64,000 bases of DNA from an uncultured Gammaproteobacteria bacterium (GTDB lineage: Bacteria; Pseudomonadota; Gammaproteobacteria; Steroidobacterales; Foliamicaceae), in contig OX639965.1 in assembly GCA_951828235.1 (NCBI GenBank), positions 598,323 through 662,322 on the forward strand, written 5' to 3'. The notes beneath the pieces were generated by a model that saw nothing but the letters and a program-made list of their open reading frames with translations, searched no databases and was not told where the DNA came from. The position numbers and the translations under genes were made by a program. Below are positions 16,519-25,748 of the stretch, in pieces. Every line of letters begins with the position of its first letter. Within the stretch, counting starts at the first letter, position 1.

Positions 16519-17775
16519 TTACCAATGCCGGCGACAACGTTGGATGTGCTTCTGGATTTCGGCGGCCTGCTCCCCGGGAATCGGGTAGTGCCTGGCTTCG
16601 CTCTCCCACAAGGCGACCGCGTCGGACACTTCCTGCATGATCCGCGTTACCGATGTCCGGGGGATGGAAACTTGGTGTGCCAGTTCAAGGAAGTCCTCGC
16701 GCGTAAAGTCCCTGCCTTTTCCCTGAATGGTCATGCTGTGGAACCCCCGTACGCCCAGGTTGAAGGTCAGATCGTATGCCGGACTTGCGGCCCACCTCCC
16801 GTCGGGATGCATCACAAAAGCGAAGTTCCTGGTGTGATCGTCGCGGTTTCCGGTCACCACGTTGAAAACCATACGCCGGAATAATTCGGTCTTTTCCGCG
16901 TGTGATTTCGTAAGCAGGTCGCTGAGCTTGAGCAACTGGAGATAGTCGAAGTCCGGATTCCGGAAGTCGGCATGCACCAGGCCGGCAACGCTATGAACAT
17001 GCAGTCGACGGTTGCCGGGCAAACGATCGAATCGACGTGTCAGGAAATAGGCGTGGTCCTTCCGCCCGGGAACCAGCCGGGTTTCCGCCATACGAATGCC
17101 GGCCTCGCGGGCCATCTTCGCGAACAGGTACTCGATCGCTCCGGCCGAACGGGCATCGGGCGTATCGCCAGTCGGGAATTTGGCGATCCAATGGCTGAAA
17201 CCATCCGGAAGGTCTTCAGCGCCGGCGATTATCGAGTCTTCCTTATCAGAGAGCCCAATGAGGATTTTCGGCCGGGCGCCGCCGGAGGGGGCCGCGTTAT
17301 GCACAAACTCGTCGAGCACTTCGATGGCTTCTCCCTGGTATTGCCGAGTGGCTTCCAGACCGATTGTCGGCAAATCCAGGAAATCGGCGGCAGTCGACCT
17401 GTCAGCTTCCATGTCCGGCACGTACGAAAGCGCGCCCATGGCGCGGGAACCAACGAACGCCAGGCGATGCAGCAGCGTGATGGCATCGAGATTCGTGCCG
17501 CGCTGGCGGAAAGTGCGATCCGTGAGCAGCCGGCCCCACCCGTCCGGGAGGGAGTCCGCGAACAGGCCATGCAAACCCGCAAAAGGGGTCAAAGGGGCAG
17601 CCTGCAGGCCGGTCTCGAGCTTCGGACGAACAGGCGAAAGACCAATGCGGAGTCGGAGAAACTCGGGATCCAGCTCAAAGTGCGTGAAATTGTCTCCTCG
17701 ACCGTAGCCCAGCCGCCCCAGGAACACAGGCTCGGAAGAATCCAGACCGTGGAAATAAACGCGAAGTTCGTTCAC
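16519..17775 (-). CDS. HipA-family kinase toxin
   Basis: FADSLPDGWG, SGGARPK, WIAKFP, RFDR, GNRDDHTRNF, SPAYD. Confidence 0.92.
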   Translation of the reverse strand: MNELRVYFHGLDSSEPVFLGRLGYGRGDNFTHFELDPEFLRLRIGLSPVRPKLETGLQAAPLTPFAGLHGLFADSLPDGWGRLLTDRTFRQRGTNLDAITLLHRLAFVGSRAMGALSYVPDMEADRSTAADFLDLPTIGLEATRQYQGEAIEVLDEFVHNAAPSGGARPKILIGLSDKEDSIIAGAEDLPDGFSHWIAKFPTGDTPDARSAGAIEYLFAKMAREAGIRMAETRLVPGRKDHAYFLTRRFDRLPGNRRLHVHSVAGLVHADFRNPDFDYLQLLKLSDLLTKSHAEKTELFRRMVFNVVTGNRDDHTRNFAFVMHPDGRWAASPAYDLTFNLGVRGFHSMTIQGKGRDFTREDFLELAHQVSIPRTSVTRIMQEVSDAVALWESEARHYPIPGEQAAEIQKHIQRCRRHW

Positions 17776-18056
17776 GAACTATCGCGGTGTGTGGCCAGCA
17801 GTTCGTCCATGGTGGCCGGCCCGGTTGCCGAAAACAATTTGTCGGCGTGAGTGAGGTCGCCGTAGGTCGCACACAGCATCAGGAATTGCCGCAGCGAAAT
17901 CTCTCCGGTAGCTTCAAATCGGCGTATCGTCGCGCTTGGCACACCGCTGAACTCAGCTGCCTTTTGTCGGCTGTGCTTGCGGGCCTTGCGCTGTTTGCGC
18001 AATGCCGTCGCCAAGTGGTTCTGAACCTCTCGCGGTGAGTCAGGAAAATACAACAT
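17772..18056 (-). CDS. HTH antitoxin (HipB-like)
   Basis: SRQKAAEFSGVPSATIRRFEATGEISL; 4-bp overlap with hipA. Confidence 0.85.
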   Translation of the reverse strand: MLYFPDSPREVQNHLATALRKQRKARKHSRQKAAEFSGVPSATIRRFEATGEISLRQFLMLCATYGDLTHADKLFSATGPATMDELLATHRDSS

Positions 18057-18120
18057 ATTATCAATTAGGAGCTATTGGAGAAAGAATTCGATAATATTTT
18101 ATCAAATACTATTGATCGTA

Positions 18121-18402
18121 GCGATCTGGACGATGATGGCGCTGCTCGGATTCGGCGTGGTCTTCGAGCTGTTCCCCGTCGCCGTTCTGGTCACCGTTTT
18201 CCCGGCGGGCATAGGCCTGGCCGACAGCATCGTCATCGTCGCCAACCACTTCCTTGTGGAAATCGCTTTCTATACGGCGCTCGCCTTCGACATGAGCGCG
18301 CAAGCCGTCGCGAAGCGTTACATGCGGGCGAAAATCTATATTGACCGCGTGGGTGCGGCCGTGCTCGGCGCCTTGGGCGTGCGGATTCTGGTTGGCAGGT
18401 AG
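18121..18402 (+). pseudogene. 3' fragment of second lysE copy, with a 171-bp internal deletion
   Basis: Resumes at GCGATCTGGACGATG, matches 14752-15204 except the segment between two GCTGTTC sites. Confidence 0.88.
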
Positions 18403-18570
18403 CCTAGTTCTTTCTGCTTGAATCGGCCGAGTAGCTGAGACGGCGACCTTATGGCCAGAGCGGTTCAGGTCAGCATGGACGACCAGCCTGAACCGCTCTG
18501 CCAGGTGGGTGATCCGAGTAGCGCTTCGGAGGAAGCGTGGGCGGCTATGCTGAAGCGGCTGCGCTTCCAG

Positions 18571-18768
18571 CTATGGAAGTTTCGCCAGACCTGCCTGCTT
18601 TAGGACGCTGTTTGCTGTGTGTCTGCTCTTGATCTTGCTTGGAACGACAATTTCCAAGTCCGGCCTTTCCGGATTGGGCCAGATCTGATGGCTTGTTCGG
18701 CCTTGCCGGTGTTTCCTCCAGCCCGCGTTTCTTAGTCTTTTTCTTACCGCCCTCTCATAGGTCGCCAT
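18571..18768 (-). CDS. HicA-family toxin
   Basis: L..AGW...RQG..SHQIW...IVVP......HTANSVLKQAGL. Confidence 0.85.
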   Translation of the reverse strand: MATYERAVRKRLRNAGWRKHRQGRTSHQIWPNPERPDLEIVVPSKIKSRHTANSVLKQAGLAKLP

Positions 18769-19079
18769 CAAGAACGCACGGCCGCTGCGTCCACATGCTC
18801 AACCAAAATGCGCGGGCACGAAGGCGCCAAAGCGGAGTCCGGTATTGGTTCGGCAGACGGATCGGTGAAGATCACTTCAACAACGCATTCTGCTAGTCGG
18901 TCTTCCGCCAATCCAAGGTTGTGCTTCAGCAATTGGGGAACAACGTCAGAAACCGCCGCCAGAAATTGTTCGCGTGAGTCCGCTTCCAATGTAAGGCCGG
19001 GAATGTCAGGGCTCGTCCCAACGAGTACCCCGCTCTCGGCACAAGTCATTACGGATATTCGATAGCGCATTCTGGCCAA
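18768..19079 (-). CDS. HicB-like / DUF1902 antitoxin
   Basis: ESGVLVGTSPDIPGLTLEADS; TGATG coupling with hicA. Confidence 0.75.
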   Translation of the reverse strand: MARMRYRISVMTCAESGVLVGTSPDIPGLTLEADSREQFLAAVSDVVPQLLKHNLGLAEDRLAECVVEVIFTDPSAEPIPDSALAPSCPRILVEHVDAAAVRS

Positions 19080-19259
19080 ACCAAGCCTCGCCGGTCAATT
19101 GCATCAATCAGTGTATTGGCAATCTTAACCTTGATTCCAGACAGGATCAGTTGGGAGCAACTACTCTCCGAGCGCTCGAACGACCGTTTCCGGGTCGTGA
19201 TCAATGACGGCCAGCATTTGTCGTGGAGGCTTTGGGGCGCTTCGGCGCTTCATTGCCTT

Positions 19260-19835
19260 TTAGGATATAACGGCTCGGTCAGTTAACCACTCATCCGCCA
19301 CCGTTGCGTAGATCACCTGATTCACGAAGTGGTCGTATAACCATTCTGACTGCCTGCAAGTTCCCTCATACACGAGTCCATTGCGTTCTGCCACACGTCG
19401 GCTTCGAATATTGTCTTCAGCGATTTTCATTACCACTCGATTCAACCTGAGATCTGTGAATGCGTATTCAATCAACCTCTCGCAGCTGCTCGAGACGATT
19501 CCTTTCCCCTGATGGGACGAACAAATCCAGAATCCCATAGAAGTTTGACGATTTTCATTGTCGAATTCATGGAATCCGATTGTTCCTACAATATCGCCCT
19601 GGTGCTCAATACCCAGAGTCAAAGCAACTCCCGCCTGATTGTCATTTCTTGCGCCTTCGATGAACTGCTCAGCATGACGTGGCCCTTGCTGCCTGTCGAC
19701 CCAGGGTAGCCACTGCCTCAGGTATTTCCGATTGCTATCGACCAGCGCATAAAGGGAGCCGGCATCCTCGCTGGTCAGTTCGCGCAGCAGTGTAGATGCA
19801 TCAATTTTGAACTCCTTCAATCTGGATGCTTTCAT
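19260..19835 (-). CDS. RimL-like GNAT acetyltransferase
   Basis: LRQWLPWV, QGKGI, LNRV, N.RS..VAER.G..YEG, EWLYDHF. Confidence 0.9.
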   Translation of the reverse strand: MKASRLKEFKIDASTLLRELTSEDAGSLYALVDSNRKYLRQWLPWVDRQQGPRHAEQFIEGARNDNQAGVALTLGIEHQGDIVGTIGFHEFDNENRQTSMGFWICSSHQGKGIVSSSCERLIEYAFTDLRLNRVVMKIAEDNIRSRRVAERNGLVYEGTCRQSEWLYDHFVNQVIYATVADEWLTDRAVIS

Positions 19836-19907
19836 GTTGCGCTCATCTAATATTTCACTCTCCTATCTCGCCAGGACTGCTCGGCTTCGGCTTGGCCCAG
19901 ATGTCCT

Positions 19908-20564
19908 TCATTCCGGTGATGAACCACTGTCAACGAACTGGCCATTTACCCAGAGTCCTTCCTTTATGGACGTGTCCGGATTGGTCAGCCGTCCCTGACC
20001 GTTGGGCATGCCGTCTTTCCATTCTCCGTAAAACACACCGCCGTCGGGCAGGATGAAACGGCCCAGGCCGCCGGGCTTGCCCTCGAACCAATCGCCGAAG
20101 TAGGTCCCGCCGCTGGGATAAACGAACGTGCCCACGCCCTGTTTGTCGCCGTGGTTGTAACCGCCGACATAAGTGCCGCCGTCGTTGTACATGACGGTGC
20201 CGTGCCCATGCTCGCGATCGTCATGCAATCCAACGTATTTGCCGCCGTCCGACCAAGCCCAGGGGCCGTTGGTTTGAGGCTCGTCGCCGGTCCACTCGAT
20301 CGCGTACTTGGCACGGTTCACGAACGTGTATACGGCGCGCCCCTTGCGTTCATCGTCTAGCCAGTCGCCAACGAATTCACTGCCGGTTGCGAGCTTCAGT
20401 TTTCCGTAGCCATGGCGCTTCCCGTCTTTCCACTGGCCGATGTATTGGGAGCCGTCCTCATATTTCATGCTGCCCTGGCCATTGGTGCAATCACCGTCGA
20501 CGCAGTCGGCAAGGGCCGGATGACTGAAGAGGAATGCCAGGAGAAAGGCTGCGGCGTATTTCAT
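19908..20564 (-). CDS. Secreted MORN-repeat protein
   Basis: Signal peptide, C..GDC.NGQG, repeated Y.G.W.DG..HG.G. Confidence 0.88.
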   Translation of the reverse strand: MKYAAAFLLAFLFSHPALADCVDGDCTNGQGSMKYEDGSQYIGQWKDGKRHGYGKLKLATGSEFVGDWLDDERKGRAVYTFVNRAKYAIEWTGDEPQTNGPWAWSDGGKYVGLHDDREHGHGTVMYNDGGTYVGGYNHGDKQGVGTFVYPSGGTYFGDWFEGKPGGLGRFILPDGGVFYGEWKDGMPNGQGRLTNPDTSIKEGLWVNGQFVDSGSSPE

Positions 20565-20613
20565 TGCGAAACCTCGCGGGTCTGGGCTTGAAGGCAAGCT
20601 AACCTACCATGAT

Positions 20614-20640
20614 CGAAATCGCATCCGATGTGGCGCAGTT
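20614..20640 (+). repeat. 27-bp direct repeat, left copy
   Basis: CGAAATCGCATCCGATGTGGCGCAGTT; 25/27 identical to 21343-21369. Confidence 0.8.
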
Positions 20641-20730
20641 CTACAACCGACTGTTCTACAACCGGCTTGAACAATGTGCCCTGTTGCACGACAATGTCAT
20701 GCAACGTTCGAATCATTCCGGCTTACCGAT

Positions 20731-20991
20731 ATGGCTAATCAACTCGTTCAGGCGCGCGTCAACAGAGACATCAAGGAAGAGGCTTCCGTTGTGCTGGCCG
20801 CCATGGGTCTGTCTATCTCCGACGCCGTTCGGCTTCTTCTGACCCGGGTCGCGCGAGAGAAAGCGCTGCCCTTCGCGCCCCTCATTCCCAATGCCGAAAC
20901 CATCGCGGCCATGAAGGAGGCGCGAGCGGGCAATCTCGCGCAGTTCGACGATGTCGAGAGTCTTCTCGACGACCTGCATGAGGACGATTGA
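20731..20991 (+). CDS. RelB/DinJ-family antitoxin
   Basis: VQARV...IKEEA..VLAAMGLS.SDAVR...ALPF...PN.ETIAAMKEAR. Confidence 0.92.
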   Translation: MANQLVQARVNRDIKEEASVVLAAMGLSISDAVRLLLTRVAREKALPFAPLIPNAETIAAMKEARAGNLAQFDDVESLLDDLHEDD

Positions 20992-21259
20992 GCGGACGCG
21001 CCGTTTCAAACGCGACTACAAGCGGGAGTCCCGCGGCCGACATCGCGCCGACCTCGATAAGCGGCTGGCAGAACTCGTGCAGGCTCTAGCCAGCGACTCT
21101 GCGCTTGAAGCGCGCCACCATGACCATGCGCTCGGCGGTCCGTGGGCCGACTTCCGTGACTGCCACGTGCGACCGGATCTGGTGCTCATCTACCAGAAAC
21201 CGGACGCAAACACGCTCCGGCTCGTCCGCCTCGGATCGCACGCCGAACTTGGGCTGTGA
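20978..21259 (+). CDS. YafQ-family mRNA interferase toxin
   Basis: FKRDYK, DHAL.G.W..FRDCHV.PDLVLIY, RLGSHAEL. Confidence 0.93.
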   Translation: MRTIERTRRFKRDYKRESRGRHRADLDKRLAELVQALASDSALEARHHDHALGGPWADFRDCHVRPDLVLIYQKPDANTLRLVRLGSHAELGL

Positions 21260-21342
21260 AGCGATACGGAGCGTACACGCAGTCTCAGCAATTCGCCGAA
21301 GCGAGCGGATTGAAAGCGTGAAGGCGTGAAGAGACGTTTGTC

Positions 21343-21369
21343 CGAAATCGCATCCGATGGGGCACAGTT
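21343..21369 (+). repeat. 27-bp direct repeat, right copy
   Basis: CGAAATCGCATCCGATGGGGCACAGTT. Confidence 0.8.
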
Positions 21370-21662
21370 GCCGGGCAGCTCGTCCTTTTGTGTGGGACCA
21401 TAGCAACGGCCTGTCTGCTCGCCTGGTGGCTGTGGGCGAATTATCGGAAGGTCAGAACCATCAAGAACCGGCCACTCCCGGCGCCATGGCTTGCCGGAAT
21501 CCAGCGCGGACTTGGGCCTCTCCTGGGAGCGGCCAGTTTGACGATGGGACTCATCGTGTGGCTGGAATTTGATCTGGCCTATTGCAGCGCCTTTAGCGGC
21601 CACCTGACTGGCTAGCCTGCATATCCCGCAGCGCTCCTGTCATCATGGGCGCGGTGGCAGTA

Positions 21663-22739
21663 CTACTCTGGCGCGGAACTTTCCGTACCCGCGCCTCTTT
21701 GCGCGCGGTCGTCCTCGATCACTTGCCGAATCCAATCCGGGTCAGGCAGACACGCCAGAGCCTTGTAATCGATATCTTCAGGATTCCCTGGTGATCGGCC
21801 GAGTCGCATTGCCAATGCTCGCCAGATGGTTGGCTTGAAGTGAGTCAGACCGTTAATACCCACGAGTTTCCCCGTGCGATCGAGAAGAGAGCCTCCGCTA
21901 TCTCCCCCTATGATCGAAGTGTCATGCAAAACAGCCTTCCATGCCGGCGAAGAACCCCGAGGCGGCTGTTCATGCACAGACAAGACGCGCCCCGCCGCCA
22001 TTAGTTCCACATTCTCGACAGGTTCGCTTCGTGCAGCTGAGCCCAGGCCGGCGCTGATCACTCCCTCGTCGACACCTGGCGGCCCGTCGGCGAGCTCAAA
22101 TGGCGCCAAGCCATCCATATCCACATGGAGGATGGCGAAATCCAGCGGGAGCTTTGGAGGGTCGGAATCCCAGTCGCGATCGAAATCTTCGTCCGACTTC
22201 CAGACTACACGAGCTTGCACCACCTTGACCTGACCGCGACGGTCGGGGCCGGGATAAAGGACCACAACGTCCAGTTTCTCCGCATCTCGTACGACGTATC
22301 CTGCGGTCAGAAGGTACCCATCCCGTGTAATGGCCGCGGCCGTGGACGTTCCGCTGTTGTCCTCTCCATTCCCGGTAAACCGTAACCCCGAGTCATCGAT
22401 CTCCGCAGACACGGAATCAAAGTCACGCCACACCATGGCGACGCGGAACCAGAGCGTTTCCAGTATCGGCCTGCCGTCCAGCGATACGTCCTCCCAGCCC
22501 GCCAGGCTTTCCGTTCTCCTGGCGGCAAGTTGCTCGTCCATCCGGTCTATTGCCTGCGCCGTACAGCCGGACAGGAGCAACAGGGCGATGGCGGCAAGCG
22601 TGACGAACTCAATCGTCCGGAGGGCGACATGCAGCCTCCGGAAGTAGCCGAAGCGCGCGCTGGACGACGCCGAGATGCTTGACACGGCCCTTGCCCGGCC
22701 ACGGGACCGGGAGGAGTCACCAAGGCCTTGTTCGCTCAT
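21663..22739 (-). CDS. Trypsin-like (S1) peptidase-domain lipoprotein, catalytic His apparently replaced; start uncertain
   Basis: Lipobox LSGC, DGYLLTAGYVV, DFAIL, GGDSGG, GKLVGIN. Confidence 0.75.
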   Translation of the reverse strand: MSEQGLGDSSRSRGRARAVSSISASSSARFGYFRRLHVALRTIEFVTLAAIALLLLSGCTAQAIDRMDEQLAARRTESLAGWEDVSLDGRPILETLWFRVAMVWRDFDSVSAEIDDSGLRFTGNGEDNSGTSTAAAITRDGYLLTAGYVVRDAEKLDVVVLYPGPDRRGQVKVVQARVVWKSDEDFDRDWDSDPPKLPLDFAILHVDMDGLAPFELADGPPGVDEGVISAGLGSAARSEPVENVELMAAGRVLSVHEQPPRGSSPAWKAVLHDTSIIGGDSGGSLLDRTGKLVGINGLTHFKPTIWRALAMRLGRSPGNPEDIDYKALACLPDPDWIRQVIEDDRAQRGAGTESSAPE

Positions 22740-22824
22740 ACTGAACTTGCCCTCCAGCGCAGGAACGCCCGGGTTAACGAAGATACAATCGAGCATAAGC
22801 CTTCCTGCTCGGGAGACAACAGGC

Positions 22825-23067
22825 ATGTCCAAGCGTAAACAGTTTCTTCAATCCTGTCTGGGAGGGCTACTTGGGCTGATTGGAATGTACCTTGGCGTAG
22901 CGGGTCTCTTGGACGGGGACTATGTAACGGCACTCGCAGTTCCCTCGGCGCTCGTGGTCATCATGGGCGCGGTCGTTGTCGCTATTGGCCGCAGGTTCCC
23001 TGAGTACTTTATGTATAGAGGGGCGATCGAATTCTGGTCCGACCTGCAAGCGCGGCGAAAACGTTGA
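22825..23067 (+). CDS. Small membrane protein
   Basis: Two hydrophobic helices, GGAG upstream of ATG. Confidence 0.55.
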   Translation: MSKRKQFLQSCLGGLLGLIGMYLGVAGLLDGDYVTALAVPSALVVIMGAVVVAIGRRFPEYFMYRGAIEFWSDLQARRKR

Positions 23068-23173
23068 GGAGTACCTGGCGTGGTACCCCGGGGCGGCACC
23101 TGGAGCATGTTCAAGCTGTGATTGAGCATTAGGCCCCTGGGATGCCAGACAACCGGAAGATGACCTGAGACGG

Positions 23174-24133
23174 GTGCGATACGTGCTGCTTTTCCTGACG
23201 GCCTTCCTGGCGTTGGTCTGGCTCAACAATACTTCGCTGTTTTCAGCGGGCTACGACAAGCCCCTCCTGCTTGCGCATCGTGGACTGGCGCCGGAGATGC
23301 ATCCGGAACACGAGGATTACCGCGCATGCCTCAGCCGAATTCACGCCAGCGAACACAGCTTCATGGAAAACACGATTCCTTCCATGGAAGCCGCTTTCGA
23401 TCTCGGCGCCGACTACGTTGAGTTCGACGTTCGCGCGACCGCGGATGGACAGTTTGCGGTATTCCATGACGATGTCCTCGACTGCAAGACCGACGCGACG
23501 GGGCGCCTGATCGACTATTCGATGGCGGAGCTCAAGGCCTTGGATATCGGGTACGGCTACTTCACGGAGAACAACCGGTATCCGCTAAGGGGCAAGGGCA
23601 TTGGCCTGATGCCTTCGCTGGAAGAGGTTCTGGACCACTTCCCGCTGAAAGGGTTCGTAATCAATATCAAGAGCAACGACCGGAATGAAGCGGTCCGCTT
23701 GGGCGATTTTCTTGTTGCGCGCGGTCCGCAGGAGGTCGAGCGGTTGCTGGTATTCGGCGGTTCGAATGCGGTGGATGCGATTCGGAGAGCCCATCCATCG
23801 GTTCGCGCATTCTCGCGAGCGACAGTCAACAAGTGCCTTCGGGACTACATGATGGTCGGCTGGACCGGCTATGTTCCGGACTCGTGTCGAAACACCGCGA
23901 TCGGAATGTACGTCAACTACGCGTGGGCGCTTTGGGGTTGGCCGCATCGACTGGTGGCCCGAATGCACAGTGTCGATACGACGATGATCCTGACGCATCC
24001 GTACCAGACGGCGTCAGTTCACGATTTGCCGGAGACCTCCGAGTATGCCGAGCTGATCCCGCGCGGATACGGCGGAGCGATACAGACCAACCGCATCGAC
24101 AAGATTCAGGATTGGCTAGCGGAAGCACGATAG
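23174..24133 (+). CDS. Glycerophosphodiester phosphodiesterase family protein
   Basis: AHRG, ENT, VEFDV, VFHD, INIK. Confidence 0.92.
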   Translation: MRYVLLFLTAFLALVWLNNTSLFSAGYDKPLLLAHRGLAPEMHPEHEDYRACLSRIHASEHSFMENTIPSMEAAFDLGADYVEFDVRATADGQFAVFHDDVLDCKTDATGRLIDYSMAELKALDIGYGYFTENNRYPLRGKGIGLMPSLEEVLDHFPLKGFVINIKSNDRNEAVRLGDFLVARGPQEVERLLVFGGSNAVDAIRRAHPSVRAFSRATVNKCLRDYMMVGWTGYVPDSCRNTAIGMYVNYAWALWGWPHRLVARMHSVDTTMILTHPYQTASVHDLPETSEYAELIPRGYGGAIQTNRIDKIQDWLAEAR

Positions 24134-24266
24134 CGAACGTCCACCGGCGGGCGTTGGGCGACGGTGCCCGAGAAGCAGGAAAAACGGCTGCGCTTCTAGC
24201 TGCCGCAATTTCGTTCCGATACATCTCCGGCTTGCCGGGTCGTATCCTGTCGGATACAATCTGCAA

Positions 24267-24572
24267 GTGCCCACCGTCAGCCAGACCGAAGCCTTTGAAC
24301 GATGGTTCGAAAAGCTTCGCGACCGACAGGCGAAGGCACGGATTGCTGTGCGGATCCGCCGATTGTCTTTGGGCAATCCCGGAGATGTGCGGCGCGTTGG
24401 AAAAGGTGTGACCGAGCTTCGCATCGATTATGGTCCGGGCTACCGCGTGTATCTGGTCGGACGCAGCCCCAAGGAAGTGTTGCTGCTCAATGGAGGCGTT
24501 AAGCGCACCCAGGAGCAGGACATCCTAAGGGCTCACGAAATGGCGCGGAGGATAAGAAAAGATGACCACTAA
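24267..24572 (+). CDS. RelE-superfamily addiction-module toxin (HI1419 type)
   Basis: GNPGD...VG.GV.ELRIDYGPGYRVY, GG.K.TQ..DI. Confidence 0.92.
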   Translation: MPTVSQTEAFERWFEKLRDRQAKARIAVRIRRLSLGNPGDVRRVGKGVTELRIDYGPGYRVYLVGRSPKEVLLLNGGVKRTQEQDILRAHEMARRIRKDDH

Positions 24573-24885
24573 GCCAATCAAAACCCGCCCCTGGGACGCG
24601 GCGGATCATTTGCAAGATGAACAGGACATTGCCGCCTACCTCGATGCGGCTTTTGAGGACGGCGACCCTCAGCTAATTGCAGCTGCGCTGGGGGATGTGG
24701 CACGGTCCCACGGCATGACGCGAATCGCAGCAAAGACCGGGCTAGGCCGGGAGAGCCTCTACAAGGCGCTTTCGGCGGAGGGCAACCCGGGATTCGCCAC
24801 CGTACTCAAGGTCCTGCAAGCGTTGGATTTCCGTTTGGTTCTTTCCGCCACCCGCTCACGGCTAGGTAGTGACCCTGCAATCTAA
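24562..24885 (+). CDS. Addiction-module antidote (HI1420 type)
   Basis: WDAADHL, ALGDVARS.GM..IA..TGLGRESLYKALS..GNP.F. Confidence 0.92.
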   Translation: MTTKPIKTRPWDAADHLQDEQDIAAYLDAAFEDGDPQLIAAALGDVARSHGMTRIAAKTGLGRESLYKALSAEGNPGFATVLKVLQALDFRLVLSATRSRLGSDPAI

Positions 24886-24940
24886 GGTTGGGACACCAGC
24901 CAAATGTCAATTTACTACTAATTCATGTCAAAGTAGTAGT

Positions 24941-25693
24941 TTGGAGGTACTGCGCAAGCCGATTTCGCTCTACGACAGGATCGGGGGCGGATACGCGGGT
25001 TCTCGAAGGCCCGATCCGCGCATCGAAGAGGCGATATGGGGTGCGCTCGGTGATGCGGAGTCCGTCATCAACATCGGCGCGGGAACGGGTTCTTATGAGC
25101 CGACCGACCGGCACGTGGTCGCGGTGGAGCCGTCGATGACAATGATCGCGCAACGGCCGGGGGGCAGCGCGGCAGCGGTCCAGGCTACGGCCAGCTCCTT
25201 GCCGTTCGGGAACGACAGTTTCGACGCAGCTTTGACGGTCTTGTCCGTGCATCATTGGCGCGACCGGGCGAAGGGGCTCCGAGAACTCCGGCGCGTTGCG
25301 CGCAGCCGGGTCGTCGTGCTGACGTGGGACCCTGCGTCGCCGGGATTCTGGTTGACCGACTATTTTTCTGAGATCCTGGAGATCGACCGTTCGGTATTTC
25401 CCTCGGTCGATGACTTCAGGCGCGAACTGGGATCCGTGATGGTGCAGACGGTACCCATTCCGCACGATTGTACGGACGGCTTTCTCGGCGCCTGCTGGCG
25501 ACGCCCTGAAGCCTATCTTGACGAACGCGCACGCGCCGCGATGTCCACCTTTTCCAGGCTGTCCGATACGGAGCGCGGGCTGGCGCAATTGAGTGCCGAC
25601 CTCGAATCCGGGAACTGGCGGCGCAAGTACGGCGCACTGCTCAGCGAAACCGAACTCGACCTCGGCTACCGCTTGATAATCGCCAACGCCTAG
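24941..25693 (+). CDS. Class I SAM-dependent methyltransferase (start uncertain)
   Basis: NIGAGTGSYEP, AVEPS, LPF...SFD, SVHHW. Confidence 0.88.
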   Translation: MEVLRKPISLYDRIGGGYAGSRRPDPRIEEAIWGALGDAESVINIGAGTGSYEPTDRHVVAVEPSMTMIAQRPGGSAAAVQATASSLPFGNDSFDAALTVLSVHHWRDRAKGLRELRRVARSRVVVLTWDPASPGFWLTDYFSEILEIDRSVFPSVDDFRRELGSVMVQTVPIPHDCTDGFLGACWRRPEAYLDERARAAMSTFSRLSDTERGLAQLSADLESGNWRRKYGALLSETELDLGYRLIIANA

Positions 25694-25748
25694 CGCGCGA
25701 TAGCCCGCGTCATGAAGGGTTGGGCGCTGGTGGAGCCGGCGCACCATG

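Noticed and set aside
5408-19239. Loose motif ending T(A/T)TGGG(T/G)CG at intergenic sites 5408, 19181 and 19224
   Set aside because: Too short and degenerate to support without a statistical motif search
20614-21369. CRISPR array interpretation of the direct repeats
   Set aside because: Only two copies about 700 bp apart, no regular spacers, no cas genes
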